The notes under the pieces: model-generated
What the model saw: only the letters and a program-made list of their open reading frames with translations
Told to the model about the DNA's origin: nothing
Database searches by the model: none
Source: Clostridia bacterium
GTDB lineage: Bacteria; Bacillota; Clostridia; UBA1212; DUPL01
Length of the DNA stretch: 64,000 nucleotides
Assembly: GCA_050951325.1 (NCBI GenBank)
Contig: JBMNIW010000008.1
Coordinates: forward strand, 128,001-192,000
Direction of reading: 5' to 3'
Program-made: the position numbers and the translations under genes
In this document: piece after piece, positions 19,823-28,106 of the stretch
How positions within the stretch are numbered: position 1 is the stretch's first letter
Layout of the letters: each line of letters opens with the position of its first letter

Positions 19823-20512
19823 TTATCTTCTATTGGGTGGCTGATAGTTCTCAGCATCCTCCATTGTTTTAAAGAAGCCCATAAAATCGATTGTTATAGT
19901 AGAGTCTATTGGAGGATTCCATAAAATGTCCGCTCGGAATTCGGTTATAGTTTGCTTGTCAGGCTTTAATTCTGAAAAATCGAGATATACTTCCTGCCAA
20001 TCCTCACCTGAGTCAACATTAAATTTAACATGCTGTCCAGCTCCGGTTATAGCTTCTCCGTCACATGCAACGTAGAACTCACCATCAGAAATCCCAGCCG
20101 TATGCTTGAATATCATCTTGAATATTGGATACTCATGTATATCCAATGCACCGTCCGGCATGGGTAAGTTGAAAATAGGATCGTGAAAATCAACAACAGT
20201 CAGATGCAGGCCTTCTTCAGTAAACTCAGCTTCTGCATATGTTGGATTAATATCGTTCCCTTCAAACATAGTATCAATTATATTCTCACCTTCAAGAGCA
20301 AAACGATACAATACAGCATCCACACCCTCATCCGGATCCGGAGTTGGTTCTGGTGTTGGAGTTGGTGTTGCTGTTGGTTCAGGTGTATCCGTCGGTGCAG
20401 GTGTATCTGTTGGCTCTGGAGTCTTGTCCGTACCACCGCCACCTTTACATCCTATGAAAGATACAACCATCAAAGCAATAAGTAGCAGTAACAACAGTTT
20501 CTTGATTTTCAT
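19823..20512 (-). CDS. Lipoprotein with Pro/Thr linker and CBM-like domain (paralogue L1)
   Basis: Lipobox FIGC, TPEPT repeats, ~160-aa domain ending GFFKTMEDAENY.PPNRR shared with 22864-23541. Confidence 0.85.
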   Translation of the reverse strand: MKIKKLLLLLLIALMVVSFIGCKGGGGTDKTPEPTDTPAPTDTPEPTATPTPTPEPTPDPDEGVDAVLYRFALEGENIIDTMFEGNDINPTYAEAEFTEEGLHLTVVDFHDPIFNLPMPDGALDIHEYPIFKMIFKHTAGISDGEFYVACDGEAITGAGQHVKFNVDSGEDWQEVYLDFSELKPDKQTITEFRADILWNPPIDSTITIDFMGFFKTMEDAENYQPPNRR

Positions 20513-20591
20513 GTTTATTCCTCCAAATTAAAATAATTTGTAATATTATAAATAATTGTAAAACTTAGTCAAGTTTGTTTGCAATTTATAC

Positions 20592-20632
20592 AAAAAATAT
20601 TAGCTGCCTCTTCATGGCAGCTAATATTTTTT
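20592..20632. terminator. Intrinsic terminator
   Basis: AAAAATATTAGCTGCC-tcttcat-GGCAGCTAATATTTTT long perfect stem. Confidence 0.8.
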
Positions 20633-20634
20633 CA

Positions 20635-21510
20635 TCATTTCTTTGCAATTCTAACCATCTTCTTGTTCAGCAAGACAGCTGTTAATACAACAAGCAAGAT
20701 TAAATACAAGCAGCCTGTATCGCCCGTAGGTGGGTTCACGTCATCCTGCAAAGCAGCGGTAAGATTGTCAAGCTGAGTCTTAATTTCTGCATTGGATGCA
20801 TTCAAAAGAAAAGTCTTCAAATCATCTCCTACCGCATTCATCACCGCATCATATTTGGCCTGGTCGCTTACTGTTACTCCTTCAGCCTTTGCCTCGTGAT
20901 ACTTCTTTACAAAAGCCTGAGCATCCGCTGTAGCTCCAGTAAGAAGTTTGATTGACATATCAAAACCTTCACCAAAATCCTTGCCGCTTGTAGCACTCAT
21001 ATCGTCAAAAGTCTGGTCATACTGATACGCTTTTATATTCCTTCCTTCAACAACCTTTTTGTAAACATACAAATAAAGTTCAGTACCGTTATCCGCAAAT
21101 GTTTCTATTTCAAGGTAGTACTTACCGGCAGGATATACGGTATCAAAATCATATACGACCTGCTGCCAGTCCAATGACGTAAGCGTCTTTGACTCGAGCA
21201 GTTCCTTATTGTCAGTACTTCCATTCCATCTATACAAATTTGCCTTGATGGGCTTTCCTGCAACAATAGTCCTAAAAGTCACACCACAAAGCAATTCATC
21301 ATTATTAACTTCAAAAGTCATACCTGGATAGTTGGCCCAGAGAAGTACAAGAAGTCCTCCGCCGGTATGGCCTTCAGCCACCGCATCACCTTCGACAACC
21401 ACCAGGCGCACTGTATCTTCCTGCATTTGTGCATTGACTCCCAGCAACATAAAAGACATCAGAATTGACAATGCAACAATAAATATAGTTAATCTATGCC
21501 CTAGTTTCAT
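20635..21510 (-). CDS. Cell-wall-anchored protein, NPPTGD sorting signal (paralogue A2)
   Basis: Shares W.NY.GM.F, EGRNI.A, FV.KY.EAKAE.VT..DQAK.DAVMNAVGDDLK.F.LN and NPPTGD with A1. Confidence 0.85.
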   Translation of the reverse strand: MKLGHRLTIFIVALSILMSFMLLGVNAQMQEDTVRLVVVEGDAVAEGHTGGGLLVLLWANYPGMTFEVNNDELLCGVTFRTIVAGKPIKANLYRWNGSTDNKELLESKTLTSLDWQQVVYDFDTVYPAGKYYLEIETFADNGTELYLYVYKKVVEGRNIKAYQYDQTFDDMSATSGKDFGEGFDMSIKLLTGATADAQAFVKKYHEAKAEGVTVSDQAKYDAVMNAVGDDLKTFLLNASNAEIKTQLDNLTAALQDDVNPPTGDTGCLYLILLVVLTAVLLNKKMVRIAKK

Positions 21511-21590
21511 TACATACCTCCATAATTTTATTACAGTATTATTATCTCAACAATTACGTTATAAATAATGGAAGTATATTGAATTATCAG

Positions 21591-22163
21591 TCAATTAGTC
21601 ATATCATATAAAATTGGAATGCTTTTTTCATTAACAAGATACGTGTAAAATCTGTCATCAAACCAGAGTGGTGCCGTATCCTTGCTGAAAATCAGCGGCA
21701 TTCTGTTATGTATAAAGGCAATATTTTCAGCCCGATCCCGGGTAATCATGGTTACCTCATCCTTTTCCATTCTTTTAAATCCAGCTATGAACAATATGCC
21801 CTCTTCACTGAACAATCTGTACTTTTCAGATCTTTTGTCAGGCAGTTTTCTCCACTCATAGTAGGATTTCGCTGGAATGAGACACCTATCCCCTTTTATA
21901 TGTGGCGCAAAGAATCTGCTGGTTAAAACAGTTTCGCTTCTTGCATTGAATATGACCTTTTTTTCGTCATCCCACTTTTGAAATCCCCACTGCATCAGCT
22001 TCAAATGCTTCTCCTTCGTAATAACCGGTATTTTGGAAGAAGGATAAGCATCCCTTCCCAGAACAGTCATATCCTCCTTCGATAATAGAACAGACACGTC
22101 CTGTATTATCTCTCTTATCTCCTCTATTTCGTCCTCCGTAAATATTGTGAATCTTCCACACAT
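21591..22163 (-). CDS. SOS response-associated peptidase (SRAP/HMCES/YedK family)
   Basis: N-terminal MCGRF, FNARSET, RCLIPA..YYEW, IHNRMP: catalytic Cys, Glu and His all present. Confidence 0.92.
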   Translation of the reverse strand: MCGRFTIFTEDEIEEIREIIQDVSVLLSKEDMTVLGRDAYPSSKIPVITKEKHLKLMQWGFQKWDDEKKVIFNARSETVLTSRFFAPHIKGDRCLIPAKSYYEWRKLPDKRSEKYRLFSEEGILFIAGFKRMEKDEVTMITRDRAENIAFIHNRMPLIFSKDTAPLWFDDRFYTYLVNEKSIPILYDMTN

Positions 22164-22166
22164 ACC

Positions 22167-22790
22167 CTACACTCCTGACATTTTTAAAAAGTTTTTCATA
22201 TTCGTTTTCTCAGCTTCCAAATCTGAACCTTTTCTTCCAAGTCTATCACAAAAACCCAACAAAGCAACATCAAAAACATCCACATCCCTTTTCATACCCT
22301 CCATATCTTTGAAGGGTAGATCCTTGAGAACATAGAGAATATGCATATGGTATTTTACCAACAAGGCCACATTGCCAATAAAGGCAAGGTCGTCCGTAAA
22401 ACATGACAAAAACTCTTTTGCCAGCCTTTCACCTGCCACATCGTGGCCATAGGCGGTTATTCTTCCCTTTCTTACCTTTGTTGTCACCGCCTTGCCAACA
22501 TCATGCAAAAGAGACGCCCACATGAATACTCTTTCATCCGAGCTTCTATCCCTAACTTTTGCAGCTTCATCAACAACCATCATTGTATGGTTCCACACAT
22601 TGCCTTCTGCATGATATTTTGGGGACTGCCCAACTTCCTTAAGTCTCTTAATCAAAACAAAAGGGTGTTTGGAAAACTCTTCCTCAAAACAAATCTCATT
22701 AAGATATATTGAAGGCTTTTCATCAGTCAATAGATGTTCCTCAATAGACAAATATAACTTAAACACGTTCCACCTTTTTTCTGATATCAT
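22167..22790 (-). CDS. Stand-alone HD phosphohydrolase (CCA-enzyme-type HD domain)
   Basis: QSPKYHAEGNVWNHTMMV, LLHDVGK, GHDVAG, HM, D..GR. Confidence 0.88.
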   Translation of the reverse strand: MISEKRWNVFKLYLSIEEHLLTDEKPSIYLNEICFEEEFSKHPFVLIKRLKEVGQSPKYHAEGNVWNHTMMVVDEAAKVRDRSSDERVFMWASLLHDVGKAVTTKVRKGRITAYGHDVAGERLAKEFLSCFTDDLAFIGNVALLVKYHMHILYVLKDLPFKDMEGMKRDVDVFDVALLGFCDRLGRKGSDLEAEKTNMKNFLKMSGV

Positions 22791-22863
22791 TTCTCACAAG
22801 CCTTAAAAATATGCAAAAAATCAGCCAATGTCATTAGGACACTGGCCGATAGAAAAGTTAATA

Positions 22864-23541
22864 TTATCTTCTGTTTGGCGGTATGTAGTTTTCAGCATCT
22901 TCCATTGTCTTGAAAAACCCAAAGAAGTCAATAACTATCTCTGAATCAACAGGAGGATTGCCCAAGATATCAGCACGGAACGTAGTAATGGTCTGTGCTT
23001 CTGGCTTTTTCTCAGACCAGTCAATATATATCTCTTGCCAGTCTTCGCCTTTATCTACTGTGTATGTGTAGTTCTGCTGAACGCCTGTTATGGCTTCACC
23101 ATCAAACCCTACATAGAACTCACCCGTGGTGACTCCAGCATTATGCTTGAGCAACATTTTGAATATTGGATACTCAGTAATATCTATCGCTCCATCGGGC
23201 AATGGTATAGTGAAGTATGGGTCGCTTTGGTTAAGAACAATTATTGTCAACCCTTCATCCGTGTAATCAAGATCCGCATTCATGACACCTTGCACCATTC
23301 CATACCTGAAAAACGCCTCTTCACCTTCAAGAGCAAAACGATAGAGGATCGCATCAAGACCTTCATCCGGATCCGGCGTTGGTTCCGGGGTCGGAGTTGG
23401 TGTGGGTGTGGGTTCTGGCGTATCCGTTGGGACTGGAGTTGCAGTAGGTTCGGGAGTCTCCTCCTCTCCTCCCTTGCATCCGATGAAAGATACTACCATA
23501 AGGCAAACTAGAAGCAAAAGCGAAAATTTCCTAACTCTCAT
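22864..23541 (-). CDS. Lipoprotein with Pro/Thr linker and CBM-like domain (paralogue L2)
   Basis: Lipobox FIGC; highly similar to L1; start at MRVRKF (23541). Confidence 0.85.
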   Translation of the reverse strand: MRVRKFSLLLLVCLMVVSFIGCKGGEEETPEPTATPVPTDTPEPTPTPTPTPEPTPDPDEGLDAILYRFALEGEEAFFRYGMVQGVMNADLDYTDEGLTIIVLNQSDPYFTIPLPDGAIDITEYPIFKMLLKHNAGVTTGEFYVGFDGEAITGVQQNYTYTVDKGEDWQEIYIDWSEKKPEAQTITTFRADILGNPPVDSEIVIDFFGFFKTMEDAENYIPPNRR

Positions 23542-23751
23542 ATTCTTTCCTCCAATCATTATTATCTTAACAGTATTTTAAAATATTAGCAAAATATAGT
23601 CAATACTTTTGTTGTTCGAAACATAAAATAGACTTATATTATTAATAATAAATACATTAATAACATGTATAATATAATTTGGTGGTCTGTTGACCATTTT
23701 TCATATAAATGCTAAGATTAAATGTCATGAAATTTTGTTTGGGAGGGTAAC

Positions 23752-24105
23752 ATGGCGGAACATTTACAGTTTTCAGTGATTGGATTTGTGATAGTAATTC
23801 TCATAATGGCTGCAATATCATTAATCTTGATGTTGATACCCATAATATTTGGTAAATCAAATAAAAAGGTTAAAGAGAAAAAAGTAAAGATAGAGAAAGC
23901 AAAGGTCGATGAAGTAAAAATACAGGAAACAACACCTGTACAAACATCATTGGTCGAAGATGACAATTCAGAATTGATAGCAGTAATAACTGCTGCAATA
24001 AGCGCATTTGCTTCAAAAGATCATAAAACCCTTAGGGTTGTATCTTTCAGAAGAGTTGGAGACAATTCGCCTGCATGGAGCATGGCTTCCAGAGTAAACA
24101 ACTGA
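23752..24105 (+). CDS. oadG: Na+-translocating decarboxylase gamma/delta subunit (OadG family)
   Basis: N-terminal TM, ELIAVITAAI, VVSFRRV...W; precedes beta subunit. Confidence 0.85.
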   Translation: MAEHLQFSVIGFVIVILIMAAISLILMLIPIIFGKSNKKVKEKKVKIEKAKVDEVKIQETTPVQTSLVEDDNSELIAVITAAISAFASKDHKTLRVVSFRRVGDNSPAWSMASRVNN

Positions 24106-24118
24106 TTTTTGGAGGTAT

Positions 24119-25309
24119 TTGATGAGATTTTTTGAGATTATAATTGGAATATTTGAAGAGTCGGGTTTTGCTAACATTATTGACAACTTCGTGTGGGATG
24201 GAGCAAAAACACTCACTATGATAATTCTTGCCTTTGTACTCATATACCTGGCAATCGCAAAGGAATTCGAACCTCTATTGCTTCTTCCAATAGCCTTTGG
24301 AATGCTGATAGCAAACCTTCCTCTTGCAAATCTTGCAAGCAAGTATACGCAAGAGGCTCTGGAACAGCTTGAAGCAACAGGAGGAGCAAAAGGCTTAATA
24401 TATTACCTGTACCAAGGTGTCGAACTGGGTATTTATCCACCCCTTATCTTCCTTGGCATAGGTGCAATGACTGACTTTGGCCCGCTTCTTTCAAACCCCA
24501 AGTCGCTGCTGATGGGAGCAGGAGCACAACTGGGTATTTTCCTCACATTTTTTGGAGCATGCGCAATTCCCTTTTTCTCACCCCAGGACGCAGGCGCAAT
24601 AGCAATAATTGGCGGAGCGGATGGTCCGACTGCTATCTATACTGCCAGCATACTCTCGCCTGACTTATTACCCGCAATTGCAATTGCAGCATACTCATAC
24701 ATGGCATTGGTGCCTGTTATTCAACCACCCATTATGAAAGCCCTGACAACCAAAGAGGAAAGAATGGTTGTTATGAAGCAGTCAAGAGAAGTTTCAAAGA
24801 GAGAGAAGATAATTTTCCCAATTCTCGTAACTGTTCTTGTATCACTGCTTCTGCCTTCAGCTGCAACCCTTGTGGGAATGCTTATGTTTGGCAACCTCGT
24901 TAAAGAAAGCGGCGTTGCAGACAGACTTGCAAAAGCCATGTCCAACGAGCTTATGAATATAGTTACAATTATGCTTGGCATATCCGTTGGCGCAACTGCC
25001 ACTGCTGACAGATTTTTAAATCCACAAACTTTGGGAATTCTGGGTCTTGGTATTCTAGCTTTCTCATGTGGAACAGCTGGTGGAGTTCTAATTGGAAAGC
25101 TGATGTATAAAGCAACTGGCGGAAAAGTAAATCCACTTATTGGTGCTGCTGGAGTATCCGCAGTTCCAATGGCAGCAAGAGTCGCACATGACGTTGGAAG
25201 AAAAGAAAATCCCGACAACTATCTGCTAATGCATGCTATGGGACCAAACGTAGCAGGCGTTATAGGTTCCACAATAGCTGCAGGTTTACTGATAAATGTT
25301 TTAGGCTAA
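24119..25309 (+). CDS. oadB: Na+-translocating decarboxylase beta subunit
   Basis: EPLLLLPIAFG, GAMTDFGP, IIGGADGPT, GVSAVPMAARV, HAMGPNVAGVIGS. Confidence 0.96.
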   Translation: MMRFFEIIIGIFEESGFANIIDNFVWDGAKTLTMIILAFVLIYLAIAKEFEPLLLLPIAFGMLIANLPLANLASKYTQEALEQLEATGGAKGLIYYLYQGVELGIYPPLIFLGIGAMTDFGPLLSNPKSLLMGAGAQLGIFLTFFGACAIPFFSPQDAGAIAIIGGADGPTAIYTASILSPDLLPAIAIAAYSYMALVPVIQPPIMKALTTKEERMVVMKQSREVSKREKIIFPILVTVLVSLLLPSAATLVGMLMFGNLVKESGVADRLAKAMSNELMNIVTIMLGISVGATATADRFLNPQTLGILGLGILAFSCGTAGGVLIGKLMYKATGGKVNPLIGAAGVSAVPMAARVAHDVGRKENPDNYLLMHAMGPNVAGVIGSTIAAGLLINVLG

Positions 25310-25336
25310 TTATGCCTACATAAAACTTGCATTTCC

Positions 25337-25368
25337 AGACCACACGGCAACTGTCCGTGTGGTCTTTT
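25337..25368 (+). terminator. Intrinsic terminator
   Basis: AGACCACACGG-caactgt-CCGTGTGGTCT-TTT. Confidence 0.85.
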
Positions 25369-25588
25369 AACATCAATTATAGAGATTTATTTCTAAGTTT
25401 TTCATTCCTTTAAGCCCATGCTCTTTACTTGGCTACGTCAAGTACTTCTTTTCTGTTTATTGACAAACAAGCATTTTGCAAGTCTCGTCAATAATTGTAA
25501 TGTAGTACCAAAGCTACTCCAATACGCCGTATTTTTTTGTTGCCTTTTGAATATACATTTTCAAAAGGAATAAAGGCAGGTACATATT

Positions 25589-25747
25589 ATGGATAATGAA
25601 TTGATAATCTCATATCTTGATGATTTGGAAAACTATATAAGTCTTCTATCCTGTGTAAAATGCAACAATACAAGACTTGTTGTAATCGAAACATTGAAAG
25701 AAAAGATAAAACTCTTAAAGAAGGAACTAATAACAGAAAAATCGTGA
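25589..25747 (+). CDS. Small hypothetical protein (52 aa, CxxC)
   Basis: Below the ORF-track cutoff: MDNELIISYLDDLENYISLLSCVKCNNTRLVVIETLKEKIKLLKKELITEKS; AAGGCAGGT RBS; stop runs into hairpin TCGTGACCC..GGGTCACGA. Confidence 0.5.
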   Translation: MDNELIISYLDDLENYISLLSCVKCNNTRLVVIETLKEKIKLLKKELITEKS

Positions 25748-25774
25748 CCCATAGAGGGTCACGATATACACATA

Positions 25775-26317
25775 TTAACCGAAGTATCTCTTTAGCAGGC
25801 CTTCGAAGGCTTTGCCATGTCTTGCTTCATCTCTTGCCATTTCATGAACTGTATCATGGATGGCATCCAAGTTCAACTCTTTTGCACGCTTTGCGAGATC
25901 GGCCTTTCCTGCGGTTGCGCCATTTTCAGCTTCAACACGCATCTCCAAGTTCTTCTTTGTAGAGTCGGTTACAACTTCTCCAAGCAATTCTGCAAACTTC
26001 GCAGCATGCTCAGCTTCCTCATAAGCTGCCTTCTCGTAATAAAGACCAATCTCTGGATAACCTTCCCTGTGAGCAACTCTTGCCATTGCAAGATACATGC
26101 CCACCTCAGTGCACTCTCCCATAAAGTTTGCTCTTAAGTCTTCAATTATGTCCTCTCTTACACCCTGTGCAATACCAATAACATGCTCTGCAGCCCATGT
26201 CCTTTCACCAGACTGCTCCGTGAATCTTGATGCAGGCGCCTTGCACTGTGGGCAAGCATCCGGTGCGCTTTCTCCTTCATAAACATAACCACAAACTTGA
26301 CAAACAAACTTTTTCAT
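25775..26317 (-). CDS. Reverse rubrerythrin (NADH peroxidase)
   Basis: N-terminal CQVCGY...CPQC rubredoxin-like domain then [21 protein letters not shown] diiron motifs; AAGGAG before ATG 26317. Confidence 0.95.
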   Translation of the reverse strand: MKKFVCQVCGYVYEGESAPDACPQCKAPASRFTEQSGERTWAAEHVIGIAQGVREDIIEDLRANFMGECTEVGMYLAMARVAHREGYPEIGLYYEKAAYEEAEHAAKFAELLGEVVTDSTKKNLEMRVEAENGATAGKADLAKRAKELNLDAIHDTVHEMARDEARHGKAFEGLLKRYFG

Positions 26318-26472
26318 AATATCAATCTCCTTCCAAAATTTTAAATATTCCAAATTTTAAAAGGATAACGCAATGTCAACAACACAAATGAACTTTGAAC
26401 ATGGGAGGAATTTTCCCGCCACTCAATATTGCTACGTAAATTATTCAGTCCCCTGCCCCAAAGAATATTGGA

Positions 26473-26631
26473 TTACTCCTCCATCTCCTCGAACATATCC
26501 TTGCCTACGCCACAGTCAGGACAAACCCAATCCTCAGGCAAATCTTCAAACTTTGTACCAGCTGGAAATTCGCCTTCTCCTTCTGCTTCATCGTATACGT
26601 AACCGCATACAGTGCACAAATACTTTTTCAT
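26473..26631 (-). CDS. Rubredoxin (52 aa)
   Basis: Not in the ORF track: [52 protein letters not shown]; GGAGG RBS. Confidence 0.97.
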   Translation of the reverse strand: MKKYLCTVCGYVYDEAEGEGEFPAGTKFEDLPEDWVCPDCGVGKDMFEEMEE

Positions 26632-26658
26632 TCTTTTTTCCTCCTTTACGTTTATTCC

Positions 26659-27075
26659 CTACATGACCTTGGAACTATTGCAGTCCCTGCACAGACCCTT
26701 AAAATATATATTCTTGTCATCAATGCGGAATCCCTTCAATTCCTTTATGTCATCCACATCGAAACGGTACTCGAAGTCAAAGACCTTCCCGCATTCAATA
26801 CATTTAAAGTGTCCATGGTCCTGTAAGTTATACTCGTATCTTATCTCATTCTCCTCAATTGTCAACTCTCTAAGCACACCTTTTTCCACAAATGTGTTCA
26901 GTGTCTTGTATACGGTTGACTTTGATAAGGAAGGCATTTCATCCTTCAGATCGTTTAGTATCATGTCGGCAGTCGGATGAACGCGATTCTTCTCGAGGTA
27001 ATCCAATATTCTCAGCCTTTGGTGTGATACTTTTATTCCTTTCTGTTCCATAAGTTCTGCATGTTGTTTTGACAT
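26659..27075 (-). CDS. Fur family regulator, PerR-like
   Basis: HPTAD, SLSKSTVYKTL, HGHFKCIECG, GLCRDC; heads the rubredoxin/rubrerythrin operon. Confidence 0.88.
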   Translation of the reverse strand: MSKQHAELMEQKGIKVSHQRLRILDYLEKNRVHPTADMILNDLKDEMPSLSKSTVYKTLNTFVEKGVLRELTIEENEIRYEYNLQDHGHFKCIECGKVFDFEYRFDVDDIKELKGFRIDDKNIYFKGLCRDCNSSKVM

Positions 27076-27104
27076 TTTGTATCCCTTCTAACACTTTGTA
27101 TCAA

Positions 27105-27155
27105 GTCGAACTGAGTTCGACATAGATATAATATCATAGTAAAAATATTTGTCAA
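27105..27155 (-). promoter_or_regulatory. Sigma-A promoter with palindrome at the transcript start
   Basis: TTGACA-16-(TG)TATTAT followed by GTCGAAC-N3-GTTCGAC (27105-27121). Confidence 0.6.
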
Positions 27156-27216
27156 CCCCTTTTAAAGAAAAAAATGCAAAAAAATTTGGAGACTTAAAAA
27201 GTCTCCCTAAAATCCT

Positions 27217-28104
27217 CTAAATTAAACGTGCTCCCAAATTCTCAAGATACCTTTTAGCCTCCAAGAGATCCTCCTGGTCAGGAACCCACTCTTTTCTACC
27301 ATTATCCGCATAACCCAACTGTTCACTCTTTGATCCTCCGTAAGTATGATACGGTATCAGCTCAACCCCCCTTGCATTCCCAAGGCATCCATAAACTTCG
27401 GCAATGAACTCATAGTTGACCTTGTCCATATTGACCCCCTTGACCATAATACATCTTAGTACTGTCTCTACCTTGTAACTGTCTAGTAGCCAAAGGTTTT
27501 TCAATATCCTCTCATAGCCAACACCGGTGTTTTCCTTGTGCCTGTCTTCATTCCCATCCTTCAAGTCAAACAAGACCAAATCCGCCACCCTTGCAAGTGA
27601 TGGAACAATATCAGAATCAAAATATCCGCTTGTTTCAACACATGTTGTTATACCGGCCCGTTTTGCCTTGGAAAGCAGTTCAATAGAAAACTCCTCATTC
27701 ACTAGCGGTTCGCCACCCGACAGAGTTATGCCACCCATGTCACCGAAAAAATCCCTGTCCTTCAAAACCTCACCCAACACATCGTCAACAGTCATATCAG
27801 TTGCCACCTGTTCAATGGCCTTCGCAGGACAGACCTTCGCACACGAAAGACAAAGCACGCACTTGTCCCTATGATAATTATGCTCCATGCCATCAAACAC
27901 ATGAGCACTTTTTTCACATATTTTTTCACACATACGACAATGAATGCAGAAATTCTTCACATACAATATTTCATTATTCGGCTTAATGCATTCAGGATTG
28001 TGGCACCATACGCAGTTCAAAGGACATCCCTTTAAAAATACTGTAGTTCTTACTCCATCGCCATCATGAATTGAAAACCTTTGTATGTTCGTAATCAAAG
28101 CCAT
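27217..28104 (-). CDS. Glycyl-radical enzyme activating enzyme (radical SAM with ferredoxin insert)
   Basis: IQRFSIHDGDGVRTTVFLKGCPLNCVWCHNPE, two CxxCxxCxxxC motifs, GGITLSGGEP, ETSG; start MALITN 28104. Confidence 0.95.
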   Translation of the reverse strand: MALITNIQRFSIHDGDGVRTTVFLKGCPLNCVWCHNPECIKPNNEILYVKNFCIHCRMCEKICEKSAHVFDGMEHNYHRDKCVLCLSCAKVCPAKAIEQVATDMTVDDVLGEVLKDRDFFGDMGGITLSGGEPLVNEEFSIELLSKAKRAGITTCVETSGYFDSDIVPSLARVADLVLFDLKDGNEDRHKENTGVGYERILKNLWLLDSYKVETVLRCIMVKGVNMDKVNYEFIAEVYGCLGNARGVELIPYHTYGGSKSEQLGYADNGRKEWVPDQEDLLEAKRYLENLGARLI

Positions 28105-28106
28105 TT

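Noticed and set aside
21591-22790. Prophage or mobile element around SRAP
   Set aside because: No integrase, transposase, att sites or terminal repeats seen.
25660-25962. 100-aa plus-strand ORF
   Set aside because: Crosses a terminator into antisense of rubrerythrin; no RBS.
26380-26470. G-rich stretch between rubredoxin and rubrerythrin as a riboswitch
   Set aside because: No match to TPP, c-di-AMP, c-di-GMP or other consensus I can recognise; only weak hairpins.
26373-26666. 97-aa plus-strand ORF
   Set aside because: Overlaps the unambiguous rubredoxin on the minus strand.
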